A stretch of DNA of 64,000 bases from Arcobacteraceae bacterium (GCA_963662945.1 OY759974.1:1728001-1792000); one strand, 5' to 3'. Positions 30,779 through 42,166 are shown, counted from the first letter of the stretch. Notes: a model not told the origin generated them from the letters alone. Translations and numbers: made by a program.

Positions 30779-31323
30779 TACGATTGGGTTCAAATTCACA
30801 GACAAGAGCATTACTTTTGCGACAACACGGAATAGATTTTATTCAAAATGGTGGAGATTTTGATGAAGACAGTATCACAATTAAGGAACCAAGAGAGTTC
30901 GTAAAAGTTGCCACACAAGGAAAGTTTGATGAACTTTATGAAAAGTTTGGATGCGAAGAGATGCCTTTACTTGTGGCAGATACAGTTGTTACATCAAATG
31001 GGGAACTTTTACGAAAAGCAAAAGATCAAGAAGATGCAAGAAGAATGTTAATGTTGCAAAGTAACAATGAAGTGAGTATCATCACTTGTATGATATTTAA
31101 ATCTCTTGATACAGAAATCTTTGATATCTCTACTACTACATATCATTTTAAAGAATTTGATAAAGATGATTTAGAAGATTATATTCAAAGTGGTGAATGT
31201 ATGGGAAAAGCAGGAGCAATAATGGTTGAAGGTTTTTGTAAACCATATATAAAATGGGTAGATGGGTACGAATCTACAGCAATGGGTCTTTGTGTCGAGA
31301 AACTTTTACCTTATATAAAATAG
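30775..31323 (+). CDS. maf: Maf-family nucleotide pyrophosphatase
   Basis: LGSNS.TR, FDE, VADTVV, GKAGA. Confidence 0.9.
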   Translation: MIRLGSNSQTRALLLRQHGIDFIQNGGDFDEDSITIKEPREFVKVATQGKFDELYEKFGCEEMPLLVADTVVTSNGELLRKAKDQEDARRMLMLQSNNEVSIITCMIFKSLDTEIFDISTTTYHFKEFDKDDLEDYIQSGECMGKAGAIMVEGFCKPYIKWVDGYESTAMGLCVEKLLPYIK

Positions 31324-31363
31324 TTTTGAGTATAATCGTTTTTTTATAATATAAGGATACATT

Positions 31364-32974
31364 TTGATACTAAAAACTATATTTTTAATACTACTGACTA
31401 CTTTTTTATTTGCAACAGATGATAAAATTACTTTAGATTGGTTGGAAAAACAACCGCGAAGCTATGCAAAAGATTTTTATATATGGAGATATCTTAACAA
31501 AGATATTTCTCCTCAAGAAGCAAATGAAGCCTTGCGTCAAGTAAAATATTTCAATGATAAAATTTTTTATAGATATATTGAAAAATCAGATGATGAGGTA
31601 TATAAAGATTATAAATCTTGTATAAAATCAAAAACATCTGTTTTAATTGATAAAGCTGATTATTGTATAGAAGCAGGTTTAAGTATCTATGATGCTACAA
31701 AACTATCAAAAGAAAACTTGCAAAAAGTTATCAATAAAGTAAAAAGTGAATATCCAAAATTTGCTTTAAAACTTGAAGTATTAAATTCAGCAATTCCTTT
31801 TAAAACTTTAGAAATGAGTGATAAAGAAACTTTTTTTGGTGTATTTAATGAGTGTGGAGGTGTTTATCGAGTTAAACATTTTAATCAGTTTTTTCCAAAA
31901 AGTTTAATAGATAAACTTAAAAATGAAAAAGAATTTGGACAAACTGTAAAACTTATAGTTACTACACCAACTATGAAAAAAGCTCAAAAATCACTTTTAA
32001 ATCTTAATGACAAAGATCTTGATTTTAAAACAACATTTTTTTTAGCTATCAATGCAATCAAACATAAAAAAGAGAAAATAGCACTTAAGTATTTGGAATC
32101 TGCGTATACTAAAGCATACTATAAAATGGAAAAAGACAATATCATTTTTTGGCAATATCAACTTACACATGATAAAAAATATTTGGAAGATTTGGTAAAT
32201 AGTTGGGATGTAAATATTTACACATTATATGCAAATAATTTATTAAAAAAAGAGCAAAAAAATATTATATATACTATTGAACAACAAAAAAGATCTCAAA
32301 ATAAATATGATATTTTAAATCCATTTCAGTGGCTGAGAGTTCTTGGTGATACAAAAACGATAGATGATAAAACTTTACAGAAATATCAAAATACTTTTAC
32401 TTCAGAGGAAACTTTGGGGCATTTGGCTTTTGTAAATGAAAGATACTATAGATATAAAAATTCCTATTTTGTAATGCCTTATAAAAAACATCTTAATAAA
32501 TTGCCAAAAGAAAGACAATCTTTAATCTATGCTATTGGGCGACAAGAGAGTAGATTTATCCCAACCTCTATATCGAGTGCTTATGCTATGGGAACTATGC
32601 AAATTATGCCATTTTTAAGTAAAGCAATTGCAAAACAACTCAATGAACCTTATGATATAGATAAACAACTTGAAGTTAAAACAAATTTAAAATATGCAAA
32701 TCATCATTTAGATTATCTTACAAAAAAACTAGACAATCCACTTTTTGTAGCTTATGCTTACAATGGTGGTATAGGTTTTACAAAACGTATGTTACAAAAT
32801 GGCTTATTTAAAAAAGGAAAATATGAACCATATTTAAGTATGGAATTATTACCTTATGATGAGACTAAAAAATATGGGAAAAAAGTGTTAGCAAACTATT
32901 TTATCTATTATAATTATTTAAACAAAAACAAAAAGATAAATTTTCAAACACTTGTTAATGGGATTAAAAATTAA
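31364..32974 (+). CDS. slt: Soluble lytic murein transglycosylase (SLT domain)
   Basis: Signal peptide; RQESRF, GTMQIMP, AYNGG, ETKKYGKKV. Confidence 0.9.
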   Translation: MILKTIFLILLTTFLFATDDKITLDWLEKQPRSYAKDFYIWRYLNKDISPQEANEALRQVKYFNDKIFYRYIEKSDDEVYKDYKSCIKSKTSVLIDKADYCIEAGLSIYDATKLSKENLQKVINKVKSEYPKFALKLEVLNSAIPFKTLEMSDKETFFGVFNECGGVYRVKHFNQFFPKSLIDKLKNEKEFGQTVKLIVTTPTMKKAQKSLLNLNDKDLDFKTTFFLAINAIKHKKEKIALKYLESAYTKAYYKMEKDNIIFWQYQLTHDKKYLEDLVNSWDVNIYTLYANNLLKKEQKNIIYTIEQQKRSQNKYDILNPFQWLRVLGDTKTIDDKTLQKYQNTFTSEETLGHLAFVNERYYRYKNSYFVMPYKKHLNKLPKERQSLIYAIGRQESRFIPTSISSAYAMGTMQIMPFLSKAIAKQLNEPYDIDKQLEVKTNLKYANHHLDYLTKKLDNPLFVAYAYNGGIGFTKRMLQNGLFKKGKYEPYLSMELLPYDETKKYGKKVLANYFIYYNYLNKNKKINFQTLVNGIKN

Positions 32975-32982
32975 TAGAAAAT

Positions 32983-33462
32983 TTATTCTTTTGTAAAACT
33001 AATAGTTGTGTTGTGTTCTAAAGAATCTTTAAAAACTAGATCGAGTTGTTTCTCTTCTACATCATTAAATGTTGTAATTTGATAACTTGCCCAATTGTTT
33101 TTTAAAGCGATATTTTCAAATATTTTATCGTTTTTTGGTACTTTACTTGTAGATACTTCTTCATTTCCATTCATTGTAAGGGTATAAGTTGTTTCAGTAT
33201 TTTCAGCGATATATGTTCCTACAAGAAAATTTTGTTTTCCATTATCCCAAACTTTACTATCTACTGAATTTAAGTAAGTTATATTTATTAGAGCTTGAAC
33301 ATCTTTATCTACAACTATTTTACCCACTTTTGTATACTGTAAGTTTTGACCAAAAATTGGTTCTTTGTTTAAAACAGATGTTGCTGATTGGTTACAACCT
33401 ATAAATGACAGGGCAAGTGTTGTAAGGCTTAAGATTATTATATGTTTTTTGATACTTTTCAT
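32983..33462 (-). CDS. Hypothetical lipoprotein
   Basis: Lipobox FIGC; ATG preceded by TATAAT-N7. Confidence 0.8.
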   Translation of the reverse strand: MKSIKKHIIILSLTTLALSFIGCNQSATSVLNKEPIFGQNLQYTKVGKIVVDKDVQALINITYLNSVDSKVWDNGKQNFLVGTYIAENTETTYTLTMNGNEEVSTSKVPKNDKIFENIALKNNWASYQITTFNDVEEKQLDLVFKDSLEHNTTISFTKE

Positions 33463-33530
33463 AAGGGTAATTATACTATTAAAATATATATTTTAGCTTT
33501 TGATTTGGTATGATTGGATATTATTGCATT

Positions 33531-33935
33531 ATGAATACAGCTGAAAATCAACTTCAAATTAATGATATAAAAACAATAGTAGAGATTCCTGATTATAGTA
33601 TATATATCTATTATGGTTTAATGCTACTTGCTTTATCTATTTTAGTGGCAATGATTTATTTTGTTTATAATTATTTTAAATCTAGAAAAAATTCTTTAGA
33701 AAAACAGTATGTAATGATTTTAAAAAATATTGATTTAAAAAATCAAAAAGAAAGTGCATATACCATATCTAAATATGGACGTCTTTTAGTAAAAGAGGAA
33801 AGACAACAAAGACTCTTTGAAGAATTACATCACAGTCTAGAAGAGTTTAAATATAAAAAAATAATAGATAAAGAGATACCAAATACTATAAAATTGAAGT
33901 ATGAAACATTTTTGGAGAGCTTAGATGTTCGATAA
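33531..33935 (+). CDS. Single-TM protein of the Bat/MoxR cluster type (DUF4381-like)
   Basis: INDIK..VEIPD followed by TM; directly upstream of VWA gene. Confidence 0.65.
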   Translation: MNTAENQLQINDIKTIVEIPDYSIYIYYGLMLLALSILVAMIYFVYNYFKSRKNSLEKQYVMILKNIDLKNQKESAYTISKYGRLLVKEERQQRLFEELHHSLEEFKYKKIIDKEIPNTIKLKYETFLESLDVR

Positions 33936-34836
33936 TATCACTTTTGAGTATCCATATCTTCTTTTACTTTTTTTTGTATTTGTATTATGTGCTAAATTTT
34001 GTAAGGCAAAAGTTCAGTCTTATTATATGCCTCATCTTAATATTTATCAAAAAGCTACCACTATTAATAGTACTTTGGTTTCACTTTTAAAATGGTTTGC
34101 GATTGCTTTAGCAATTATTGCATTAGCTTCTCCTATAAAAGAATTACATAGTGTGAATACAAAACAAGATGGGATTGATATGGTTTTGTCTCTTGATACA
34201 AGTGGTTCTATGAGACAAATTGGTTTTAATCCAAACATACCTGAACAAAATAGATGGCAAGTTGTACAAGAGATAGTAAATGATTTTATCAATAAACGAA
34301 CAAATGATAATATAGGGCTCGTAGTTTTTGGAAGTTCAGTGATGACAGCTTCTCCCCTTAGTTATGACAAAAAAGCCCAAAATAGGATTATTAATAGTTT
34401 ACGAATAGGGATAGTTGGGGATAAAACTGCATTAATCAATAGTATAGCAACTTCAATTAATATTTTAAAAAATAGAGAAACAAAATCAAAAATAATCATT
34501 GCTATAACAGATGGAGAAGATACAGCAAGTTCAATTCCTCTTGAGGTTGTACTTAAATTAGCAAAAAAATATAATATTAAGATATATACAATAGCAATAG
34601 GTGCAACAAATATATATACTTTACAACAATTCTCGAATAGTACAAATGGAAAAACTTTTAGTGCAGTGAGTAAAGAAGAGTTAGAGAATATTTATAAAAC
34701 AATAGATAATTTGGAAAAAAGTAAAATTGAAAAAAATAAACTTATTTTAAAAGAGTATTATTTCTTTTATCCATTGATGTTTTCCTTTTTATTTTTATTA
34801 TTTTTTATATATTTGAAAAATAAAAGAGAAAACTAA
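33925..34836 (+). CDS. BatA-like VWA domain membrane protein
   Basis: FEYPY N-terminus, MIDAS LDTSGSM, IGLVVFG, TDGED. Confidence 0.88.
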   Translation: MFDNITFEYPYLLLLFFVFVLCAKFCKAKVQSYYMPHLNIYQKATTINSTLVSLLKWFAIALAIIALASPIKELHSVNTKQDGIDMVLSLDTSGSMRQIGFNPNIPEQNRWQVVQEIVNDFINKRTNDNIGLVVFGSSVMTASPLSYDKKAQNRIINSLRIGIVGDKTALINSIATSINILKNRETKSKIIIAITDGEDTASSIPLEVVLKLAKKYNIKIYTIAIGATNIYTLQQFSNSTNGKTFSAVSKEELENIYKTIDNLEKSKIEKNKLILKEYYFFYPLMFSFLFLLFFIYLKNKREN

Positions 34837-34843
34837 TAGAGAT

Positions 34844-36127
34844 TTATATTTCGCAGTTTAGTCCGAAAAGATTTTGAGTTGTACCTAGGACGATATCTCC
34901 ATCAATTGATTTTGATACATCTCGAAGTTTGATTGTTGGATGATGTAAAAATTCAGCCATAACAGTTTGACAAAGTTTTTTGATATTTTCTTCATCTTCT
35001 GCTTTGATAAAATGTTTTTTAAGAGCATTTTGGATTTTTTTATTTATGATCTCTTCACTTTTTAGGTGTAAGTCTTTTATTACAGGTTCTACACTGAGTG
35101 TTTGGAGCCATGTAAAAAACTCTTGAGTCATTTTTCCTACAATACTATATGCCTCTTTAGCTTGACTTGCACGTAGTTCCATATTCTCATCAACTATACA
35201 TTGTAGATCATCTACACTATAGATATTGAGATTTTCAAATTCTATATCTTCTATATCTCTAGGAAGTGCTATATCAAACCAATTTCTTGTATATTCAAAC
35301 TCTTTTACCATCTCTTTTTTAATAATAGGATAAGGTGCGCTTGTGGCAGTTATCATAAGTCTCATAGAGTTTAACAAGGTTTCAAGTTCCTCATAAGGTC
35401 TGATTTCTATTTGATCATGTGTGTATTCTTCACCATTTCCATCACTGATAATAGAGTGGGCTAAAATCCTAGCTTTTTTGATATTTCGACTACAAATAAC
35501 AACATTAAAACCATATTTGAGTAAGTGTCTACAGGCAAGTTCACTCATTTCACCTGCACCTATAACTAAAGCTCTTACACCTTTTGTATCTTTATAAAGT
35601 TGTTTTGCTTGAGCTACTGCTGTTGAAGCAACTGAAACAGAACCACTTCCTAGTTGTGTAGCATTTCGTACACGTGCAGCACATTTGAAAGCATAGTGTA
35701 AAACTCGTGAAAGATTTTGACCTGAAAAGTTTTTTTCAATTGCAAATTTAAATGCATCTTTTAATTGTCCAGCAATTTGTGTTTCACCTACTACTAAACT
35801 ATCTAAAGAAGAAGCAACTGTAAAGATATGATGAATTGCACTTTCATTTTCATAAATATCAGCACGGTTATAAAGTTCTTCTATTTCCAAAGTTGAATGA
35901 TTTGAAAAGTTTTCAATACCTACTTTGCTAGCTTCTTTTGAATTAGAGGTATTAATGATTAATTCTATTCTATTACAAGTGGAAAGTAATATTGCTTCAT
36001 TTATAGTTGGTTCTTTGATAATATTTTTTAAGAAAGATTCTTTTTCAATTTCATTATTAAAAGCTAGCTTTTCTCGTGTAGCTATATCTGTATTTTTATG
36101 AGTAAAACTTATTACTATATATTCCAA
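34844..36127 (-). CDS. hemA: Glutamyl-tRNA reductase
   Basis: LSTCNRIE, SLDSLVVGETQI, IGAGEM, DIALPRD. Confidence 0.96.
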   Translation of the reverse strand: MEYIVISFTHKNTDIATREKLAFNNEIEKESFLKNIIKEPTINEAILLSTCNRIELIINTSNSKEASKVGIENFSNHSTLEIEELYNRADIYENESAIHHIFTVASSLDSLVVGETQIAGQLKDAFKFAIEKNFSGQNLSRVLHYAFKCAARVRNATQLGSGSVSVASTAVAQAKQLYKDTKGVRALVIGAGEMSELACRHLLKYGFNVVICSRNIKKARILAHSIISDGNGEEYTHDQIEIRPYEELETLLNSMRLMITATSAPYPIIKKEMVKEFEYTRNWFDIALPRDIEDIEFENLNIYSVDDLQCIVDENMELRASQAKEAYSIVGKMTQEFFTWLQTLSVEPVIKDLHLKSEEIINKKIQNALKKHFIKAEDEENIKKLCQTVMAEFLHHPTIKLRDVSKSIDGDIVLGTTQNLFGLNCEI

Positions 36128-36205
36128 TGTTTCTAATCCCTTACACTAAATCGTTAGGAGTTATTATACAATTTTATTACTTTAATATTCGACAAAGGGT
36201 AAGTT

Positions 36206-38479
36206 TTAGAAACTTGCCCACTCGTCATCATCATTATTACTTGACTGAATTGGTTCTATTGTTTTTTTTGTAGATGTATTATGTTCAGTTGAAGTTGGGC
36301 TTTTATCTATTTTATGATTTTGTATAATTACATCTTTGATAATTTTTTCTCTTTTCCTTTTTTCTGGACCTTGATAATTTAAATCTGTAGGTTCTTTTCT
36401 TTTGGTCATATCTTTACCAATAAATTCTTTTGTATCAGCATCTTTAACTACTAGTTTAGCAATTGCATCAGTTTCTAAAGCAACATCGTGAGTTTGAGAA
36501 GCTATCATTGCATTTTGTTGTGTTTGTTGGTCTAAAGAGTTAACTGCATCATTAATTTGTTGTATTCCTGTTAACTGCTCTTTACTTGCCATCTCAACAT
36601 CTTTTATTAAATCAATAGTTTTAGTAATATTCTCATTAAGTGCTGTATATCCACTTATCATTTGATCTGATATCTTTTTACCATGATTTGATTTATTTGT
36701 TGCATTTTCCACAAGAGATTTAATCTCATTTGCTGCATCTGCTGAACGAGATGCAAGATTTCTAACCTCTTGAGCAACAACTGCAAATCCTTTTCCTGCT
36801 TCCCCTGCAGTTGCAGCTTCAACTGCTGCATTTAAAGAAAGAATATTTGTTTGGAAAGCAATTTGATCAATTACAGTAATTGCTTCATTGATTGCATTTA
36901 CCTCTTTATCTATCTCATTCATAGCTTGTGTTGTTTGATTTGCTAATGCTTCACCTTTTGAAGCTGATTCTGTTACATTTGAAGCTAATTTAGACATCTC
37001 TACAATGTGATGTGTATTATTAGAAATATTACTTGTAATCTCTTCAATTGCTGCTGCTGTTTCTTCTAGTGCTGCTGCTGCTTCATTTGAGTTTTGGTTT
37101 AGGATATCTACGTTTCTAAGAAGTATATCACTACTATTATCTAGTGTTAAACCATTTGATTTATTTTCTATAAGCATTTTTGTAATAGAGTCACCTAATG
37201 CATTTACACCATTTGCAAGTTTTAATAAATGTTCTTTTATTCCTTCCGTTTTTACTTTATTCATATAATTACTATTTGAATATTGTTCAAGTATATCTAA
37301 AACATTTTCTATGTTGATTTCAAGATGTGCACCCATTTGGTTTAATAGTTTTGTTAATTCTTGTAAAGCTGGGTTGTTACTTTTAGTAGTTACTCTTTGA
37401 TATAAGTCACCTCGTTCAAATTCACTTAATACTGAAATTGTATCATCAATAACTTGTCTATCTTCTTCAATTCCTTGTTGTGTTTTTACAATATTTTCAT
37501 TCACTACTTTTGCCATTGCCCCAAATTCATCTGGCGTACTAGCATCAAGTAGTTCAACTTTTGTACTTTCTCTGTTAACATATTTGAAAAATTGTAAAAT
37601 GCCTGACTGAAAATCGTGTAATTTATGAATAATGTTTTTTATAAGAACAATAGCTAAAATTAAAATAAATATTATAAGTATTAAAGCTAAAATATCAGCA
37701 ATATATTTTAATTTTGTTATATTTTGTGCTATGTCTGTATTGGTCTCTTTAGAGATGTTTTTTAGTAAATCTTCTGTTTTATGAATAGTAGTTCTCATAT
37801 TCCCTTTAATACCTGATTTGCTATTAAGACCAATTATATTTTCTTGTTCTACAAGTGCTAAAAAGTCTTTTTTGTATATTTGCAGGTATTGACTCATTTC
37901 ACTATTTGTTTGACTTATGAGCTTATCTATTTTTGCTTGGAATTTATCAACATATTTCATATCAAATCGCAACATGAAATCTTTTTCTTGTTTTCTTAAA
38001 TCATAGACATTTGCTAAGAGTTTATAATCTTGACTATTTTTTGCATTTTCTTGTACTTTATGTACAGCATTTCTTAAACTTCCATATAAACTATCTTTGG
38101 GATCTAATCCTATTTTTTGTTGTGTGGATACTAATTGCAAAAAATTTGATTCGTATTCATTGATTATATTGATAAACAATTTAAGTTTAGATGTATTGAT
38201 ACTGTATTCGTTAAGATTTTGTTCTAATGCCAATGCATTATTTTTTAAAACTTTAACATTTTTAATAAAACTATCTCGATATTTTAAATCTTTTCTTGCA
38301 ATGAAATCTTTTTCATTTCTTCTTAACATTAACATATCACTGTTAAGTTGTTTGATTGAAGTTTGGGCATTATTTAACTGTGTTGTAGAAGATATTGAAT
38401 AATTTAATAACAATGTTAGAATGATCATTCCAACAATGGAACCTGATGATAGTAGTATAAGCTTTAATTTAACAGACAT
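36206..38479 (-). CDS. Methyl-accepting chemotaxis protein with HBM-like periplasmic domain and C-terminal EWASF pentapeptide
   Basis: Two TMs; internal repeat [33 protein letters not shown]; tail DDDEWASF. Confidence 0.93.
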   Translation of the reverse strand: MSVKLKLILLSSGSIVGMIILTLLLNYSISSTTQLNNAQTSIKQLNSDMLMLRRNEKDFIARKDLKYRDSFIKNVKVLKNNALALEQNLNEYSINTSKLKLFINIINEYESNFLQLVSTQQKIGLDPKDSLYGSLRNAVHKVQENAKNSQDYKLLANVYDLRKQEKDFMLRFDMKYVDKFQAKIDKLISQTNSEMSQYLQIYKKDFLALVEQENIIGLNSKSGIKGNMRTTIHKTEDLLKNISKETNTDIAQNITKLKYIADILALILIIFILILAIVLIKNIIHKLHDFQSGILQFFKYVNRESTKVELLDASTPDEFGAMAKVVNENIVKTQQGIEEDRQVIDDTISVLSEFERGDLYQRVTTKSNNPALQELTKLLNQMGAHLEINIENVLDILEQYSNSNYMNKVKTEGIKEHLLKLANGVNALGDSITKMLIENKSNGLTLDNSSDILLRNVDILNQNSNEAAAALEETAAAIEEITSNISNNTHHIVEMSKLASNVTESASKGEALANQTTQAMNEIDKEVNAINEAITVIDQIAFQTNILSLNAAVEAATAGEAGKGFAVVAQEVRNLASRSADAANEIKSLVENATNKSNHGKKISDQMISGYTALNENITKTIDLIKDVEMASKEQLTGIQQINDAVNSLDQQTQQNAMIASQTHDVALETDAIAKLVVKDADTKEFIGKDMTKRKEPTDLNYQGPEKRKREKIIKDVIIQNHKIDKSPTSTEHNTSTKKTIEPIQSSNNDDDEWASF

Positions 38480-38715
38480 AAGAAAACCTTTAATTTTAAC
38501 TAATTAGGAAAAAATTATATCATAAGTTAAATAAATTATAATGATTTGATTTATCTGTAATTAAGGGTAACTTTTATAACTCTTTTTTTGCTGCAGAGCT
38601 TTATTATTAAAATAAAATTTTTGAGATAAGAGTTAATAAATTGTTTGTAGATGTATAAATTAAAGACAATATAAATAGATTTTGTTATAATCAAAAAAAA
38701 CAATCAAGAAAAAAT

Positions 38716-39768
38716 ATGGTAAATACAAATAAAAAAAAAGTAATCGTTGGATTAAGTGGTGGTGTTGATAGTAGTATGACTGCTTTTCTACTTCAAAAAG
38801 AAGGATATGAAGTTGAAGGTATTTATATGAAACTTCATGAAACTGTAGATGGTTATCATGAAAAAAATATAAAAAATGTTGAACAAGTTGCAAATTTTTT
38901 AGGCATCAAACATCATGTATTAGATTTAAGTAAACAATTTAAACAAGAGATATATGATTATTTTGTACAAAGTTATATAGATGGTATTACACCTAATCCT
39001 TGTGTGAAATGTAACTCTCAAATAAAATTTGGTGAATTGTATGCAGAAGCTATGCGATTGGGTGCTGATTATTTAGCCACTGGACATTATGCAAAAACTG
39101 ATGGAAAATTTATATATAAAGCAGAAGATTTATCAAAAGATCAGAGCTATTTTTTAGGACAAGTTTCTCAAGAAGTATTACCTAAGTTATTATTTCCAAT
39201 GAATAAATATACAAAAGAGTATATTAAAAGTGAAGCTTCTAAAATACCGCAGCTTCAATCAATAGCGACACAAAAAGAGTCTCAAGAGATATGTTTTGTT
39301 GATACAGTATATACAGATATTATTAAAAAATATACAGATATAGATATGCCTGGAGAAACATTAGATACTCAAGGAAATGTTGTAGGACATCATAAAGGTT
39401 ATATGCATTATACGGTTGGGAAAAGAAGAGGTTTTTACGTACATGGAGCTCATGATCCTCATTTTGTAACATCCTTAGATAAACAAAAGAATACAATTAC
39501 AGTAGGTAGAAAAGAAGATTTAGCTATAAATTATGTAATTGCTAATAATTTAAATATGTTTATAGATGATAAAGAAATATCGTGTGATGTTAAACTAAGA
39601 TTTAGAAGTACAACTGTAAAATGCCAAATAATTATTAGGGATAATAAAGCTTTTATAAAATTAGAAGATCCAGTTTATGGTGTTGCCATAGGGCAAACAG
39701 CAGTTTTTTATGACAATGATAAAGTTATAGGAAGTGGCTGGATAGAAAAAACAGATTTTATAAAATAG
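38716..39768 (+). CDS. mnmA: tRNA 2-thiouridylase
   Basis: SGGVDS, NPCVKCN, ATGHYA, KDQSYFL, ESQEICF; TGTTATAAT extended -10 at 38683-38691. Confidence 0.96.
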   Translation: MVNTNKKKVIVGLSGGVDSSMTAFLLQKEGYEVEGIYMKLHETVDGYHEKNIKNVEQVANFLGIKHHVLDLSKQFKQEIYDYFVQSYIDGITPNPCVKCNSQIKFGELYAEAMRLGADYLATGHYAKTDGKFIYKAEDLSKDQSYFLGQVSQEVLPKLLFPMNKYTKEYIKSEASKIPQLQSIATQKESQEICFVDTVYTDIIKKYTDIDMPGETLDTQGNVVGHHKGYMHYTVGKRRGFYVHGAHDPHFVTSLDKQKNTITVGRKEDLAINYVIANNLNMFIDDKEISCDVKLRFRSTTVKCQIIIRDNKAFIKLEDPVYGVAIGQTAVFYDNDKVIGSGWIEKTDFIK

Positions 39769-39779
39769 AGGAAATAAAA

Positions 39780-40334
39780 TTGGAAAATGCTGTTAAACAA
39801 ATATTAGAACATATTGGAGAAGATCCAAATAGAGAAGGTCTTGTAGATACACCAACACGAGTAAGAAAAGCTTGGGAGTTTATGACAAGTGGATATAAAG
39901 AAGATCCAAAAGAGATAATTCAAAAAGCACTTTTTACAAGTAGTAATGATGAGATGGTAGTGGTGAAAGATATTGAATTTTACTCTCATTGTGAACATCA
40001 TATGTTACCAATTATTGGTAAAGCACATGTTGCATATATTCCAAATGGAAAAGTAATTGGATTATCAAAAATTCCTAGAGTTGTTGATGTATTTGCAAGA
40101 AGACTACAAATACAAGAACAACTCACAGAGCAAATTGCTGATGCTATCAATGAAGCAATAAGTCCAAAAGGAGTTGCAGTTGTTATAGATGCAAGACATA
40201 TGTGTATGGAGATGAGAGGTGTACAAAAAATTTGTTCTACTACAGTAACATCTGCACTTAGAGGATTATTTAAAAAAGAGAAAAAAACAAAAGATGAATT
40301 TCTTTCAATAATTGCATCTAGTTTTAATAAATAG
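39780..40334 (+). CDS. folE: GTP cyclohydrolase I
   Basis: [28 protein letters not shown]. Confidence 0.97.
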   Translation: MENAVKQILEHIGEDPNREGLVDTPTRVRKAWEFMTSGYKEDPKEIIQKALFTSSNDEMVVVKDIEFYSHCEHHMLPIIGKAHVAYIPNGKVIGLSKIPRVVDVFARRLQIQEQLTEQIADAINEAISPKGVAVVIDARHMCMEMRGVQKICSTTVTSALRGLFKKEKKTKDEFLSIIASSFNK

Positions 40335-40366
40335 TTTTCTTTCTAACTCACAATATCAAATTTAAT

Positions 40367-40395
40367 AAAAGAGATTTTAAACTAAAATCTTTTTT
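40367..40395 (+). terminator. Intrinsic terminator after folE
   Basis: AGATTTTA-AAC-TAAAATCT stem with flanking A/T runs. Confidence 0.55.
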
Positions 40396-40548
40396 ATAAT
40401 TTTAAATATTTCAATAAAATTTCAATTTTTTATCATTTATCTTATTAAAATTGTAATTTATAATTATATAAATCTTAGTAAATTAAAATACTTTTCCTTT
40501 TTATAAGGAAGTAAAATTGTTAAAAAAGCTATAAAGACACCTAATTCC

Positions 40549-40577
40549 TTGACATTTAACTACAAAAAAGATATAAT
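40549..40577 (+). promoter_or_regulatory. Sigma-70 promoter of S10 operon
   Basis: Perfect TTGACA-N17-TATAAT. Confidence 0.9.
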
Positions 40578-40593
40578 CCGCGTCCATACATTG

Positions 40594-40635
40594 GTTAGAG
40601 TAATATAAAACATATAGTTTTGTGTTGGTTCTAAT
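40594..40635 (+). promoter_or_regulatory. Structured 5' leader hairpin of rpsJ (candidate r-protein leader)
   Basis: About 18-bp stem with G-U pairs and 1-nt bulge, 5-nt loop ATATA. Confidence 0.55.
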
Positions 40636-40656
40636 GAGTTCTTTAAAGGAAAAAAA

Positions 40657-40971
40657 ATGGAAAAAATAAGATTAAAGTTAAAAGCTTACGATCACAGAGT
40701 TCTTGATCGTTCAGTTGCTTCAATTATAGAAGCTGTTAAAAGAACAGGTGCTGAGTTGATTGGTCCAATACCAATGCCAACAAAGATTAGAAAATATACT
40801 GTTCTAAAATCACCACATGTTAACAAAGACTCAAGAGAGCAATTTGAGATCAGAGTTCATTCAAGAATGATTGATATTGTATCTGCAACACCAGATACTG
40901 TTGATAGTTTAATGAAACTTGACCTTGCACCTGAAGTTGATGTTGAAGTTAGATCTATGGGTCAAGAGTAG
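40657..40971 (+). CDS. rpsJ: 30S ribosomal protein S10
   Basis: [27 protein letters not shown]. Confidence 0.98.
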   Translation: MEKIRLKLKAYDHRVLDRSVASIIEAVKRTGAELIGPIPMPTKIRKYTVLKSPHVNKDSREQFEIRVHSRMIDIVSATPDTVDSLMKLDLAPEVDVEVRSMGQE

Positions 40972-40980
40972 GAGAGAAAG

Positions 40981-41553
40981 ATGGAATTTATTGTAGAAAA
41001 AATCGGTATGAGCCGAACTGTTACTGTTCCTGCAACTCCTGTTACACTTGTAAAAGTAGTTGATGCTAAGGTATGTGAAGTAAACGATGGTGTAGCTATT
41101 GTTGCTTACAGTGATGGTAAAAAATTTAACAAAGCTATTGAAGGTCAGCAAAAAAAATATAACTTAAGTAAAGAGTTTAATAGATTTGCAACTTTAAATG
41201 TAGCAAACACAGAAGCTGGTGAGATTGATACAACTGCTTTAGTTGAAGGTGTAGTTGTAAAATCTACATTCACAACAAAAGGTAGAGGTTTTTCTGGTGT
41301 TGTAAAAAGACATGGTTTTGCTGGTGGTAGAGGATCGCACGGACATAGAATGGGTAAAAGAACTGGTTCTATTGGTAACTGTGAGTGGCCTGGTAGAGTT
41401 ATGAAAGGTAAGAAAATGCCTGGACAATACGGGAATACAAACGTAACACATAAAAATGATGTAGTTTCTTTTGATGCAACTACAGGTATATTAGTTCTTA
41501 AAGGGAGCGTTGCTGGTGCAAACGGAACTTTAGGTAAGGTAAGGATAGCATAA
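40981..41553 (+). CDS. rplC: 50S ribosomal protein L3
   Basis: [24 protein letters not shown]. Confidence 0.97.
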   Translation: MEFIVEKIGMSRTVTVPATPVTLVKVVDAKVCEVNDGVAIVAYSDGKKFNKAIEGQQKKYNLSKEFNRFATLNVANTEAGEIDTTALVEGVVVKSTFTTKGRGFSGVVKRHGFAGGRGSHGHRMGKRTGSIGNCEWPGRVMKGKKMPGQYGNTNVTHKNDVVSFDATTGILVLKGSVAGANGTLGKVRIA

Positions 41554-42155
41554 TGGGTAAATTAGTAGTATTAAATGATAAATTTGAAAACTCTAGCGAA
41601 TTAGCACTAGGTGAAAAATTTGAAGGTATAAACTCTCACAATTTACACTTATATGTTAAATCTTACTTAGCTGGAATTAGAGCTAACACAGCAAGAGTTA
41701 AAAATAGAAGAGAAGTGAGTGGTGGTGGTAAAAAACCTAAAGCTCAAAAAGGTTCTGGAGCTGCTAGATGGGGTTCTAAAAGATCACCATTATTCGTAGG
41801 TGGGGGTCAAGTATTTGGACCAACAAACAGAAACTATAACCAAAAAATAAACAAAAAACAAAAAGTTTTAGCTTTAAGATATGCTATCAATGCGCAAGCA
41901 GAGAGAAATGCAATCTTTGTAGTTGATTCAATTAAAGTTGAATCTGGTAAAACTAAAGATGCTGCGGCAATCTTAAATAAGTTAAACCAAAGAGATACTT
42001 TAATAGTTGTTGAAAATTTTGATGATCAAACATATTTAGCGTTCAGAAACATCAAAAATTGTTATGTGATTGAAAAATCAGAATTAAATGCTTATTTAGT
42101 AGCTGCTTACCACTCAATTTTAATTGAAAAAGCAGTAATTGATAGCTTAGTATAA
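41553..42155 (+). CDS. rplD: 50S ribosomal protein L4
   Basis: [24 protein letters not shown]. Confidence 0.97.
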   Translation: MGKLVVLNDKFENSSELALGEKFEGINSHNLHLYVKSYLAGIRANTARVKNRREVSGGGKKPKAQKGSGAARWGSKRSPLFVGGGQVFGPTNRNYNQKINKKQKVLALRYAINAQAERNAIFVVDSIKVESGKTKDAAAILNKLNQRDTLIVVENFDDQTYLAFRNIKNCYVIEKSELNAYLVAAYHSILIEKAVIDSLV

Positions 42156-42166
42156 GAGGTATAAAA

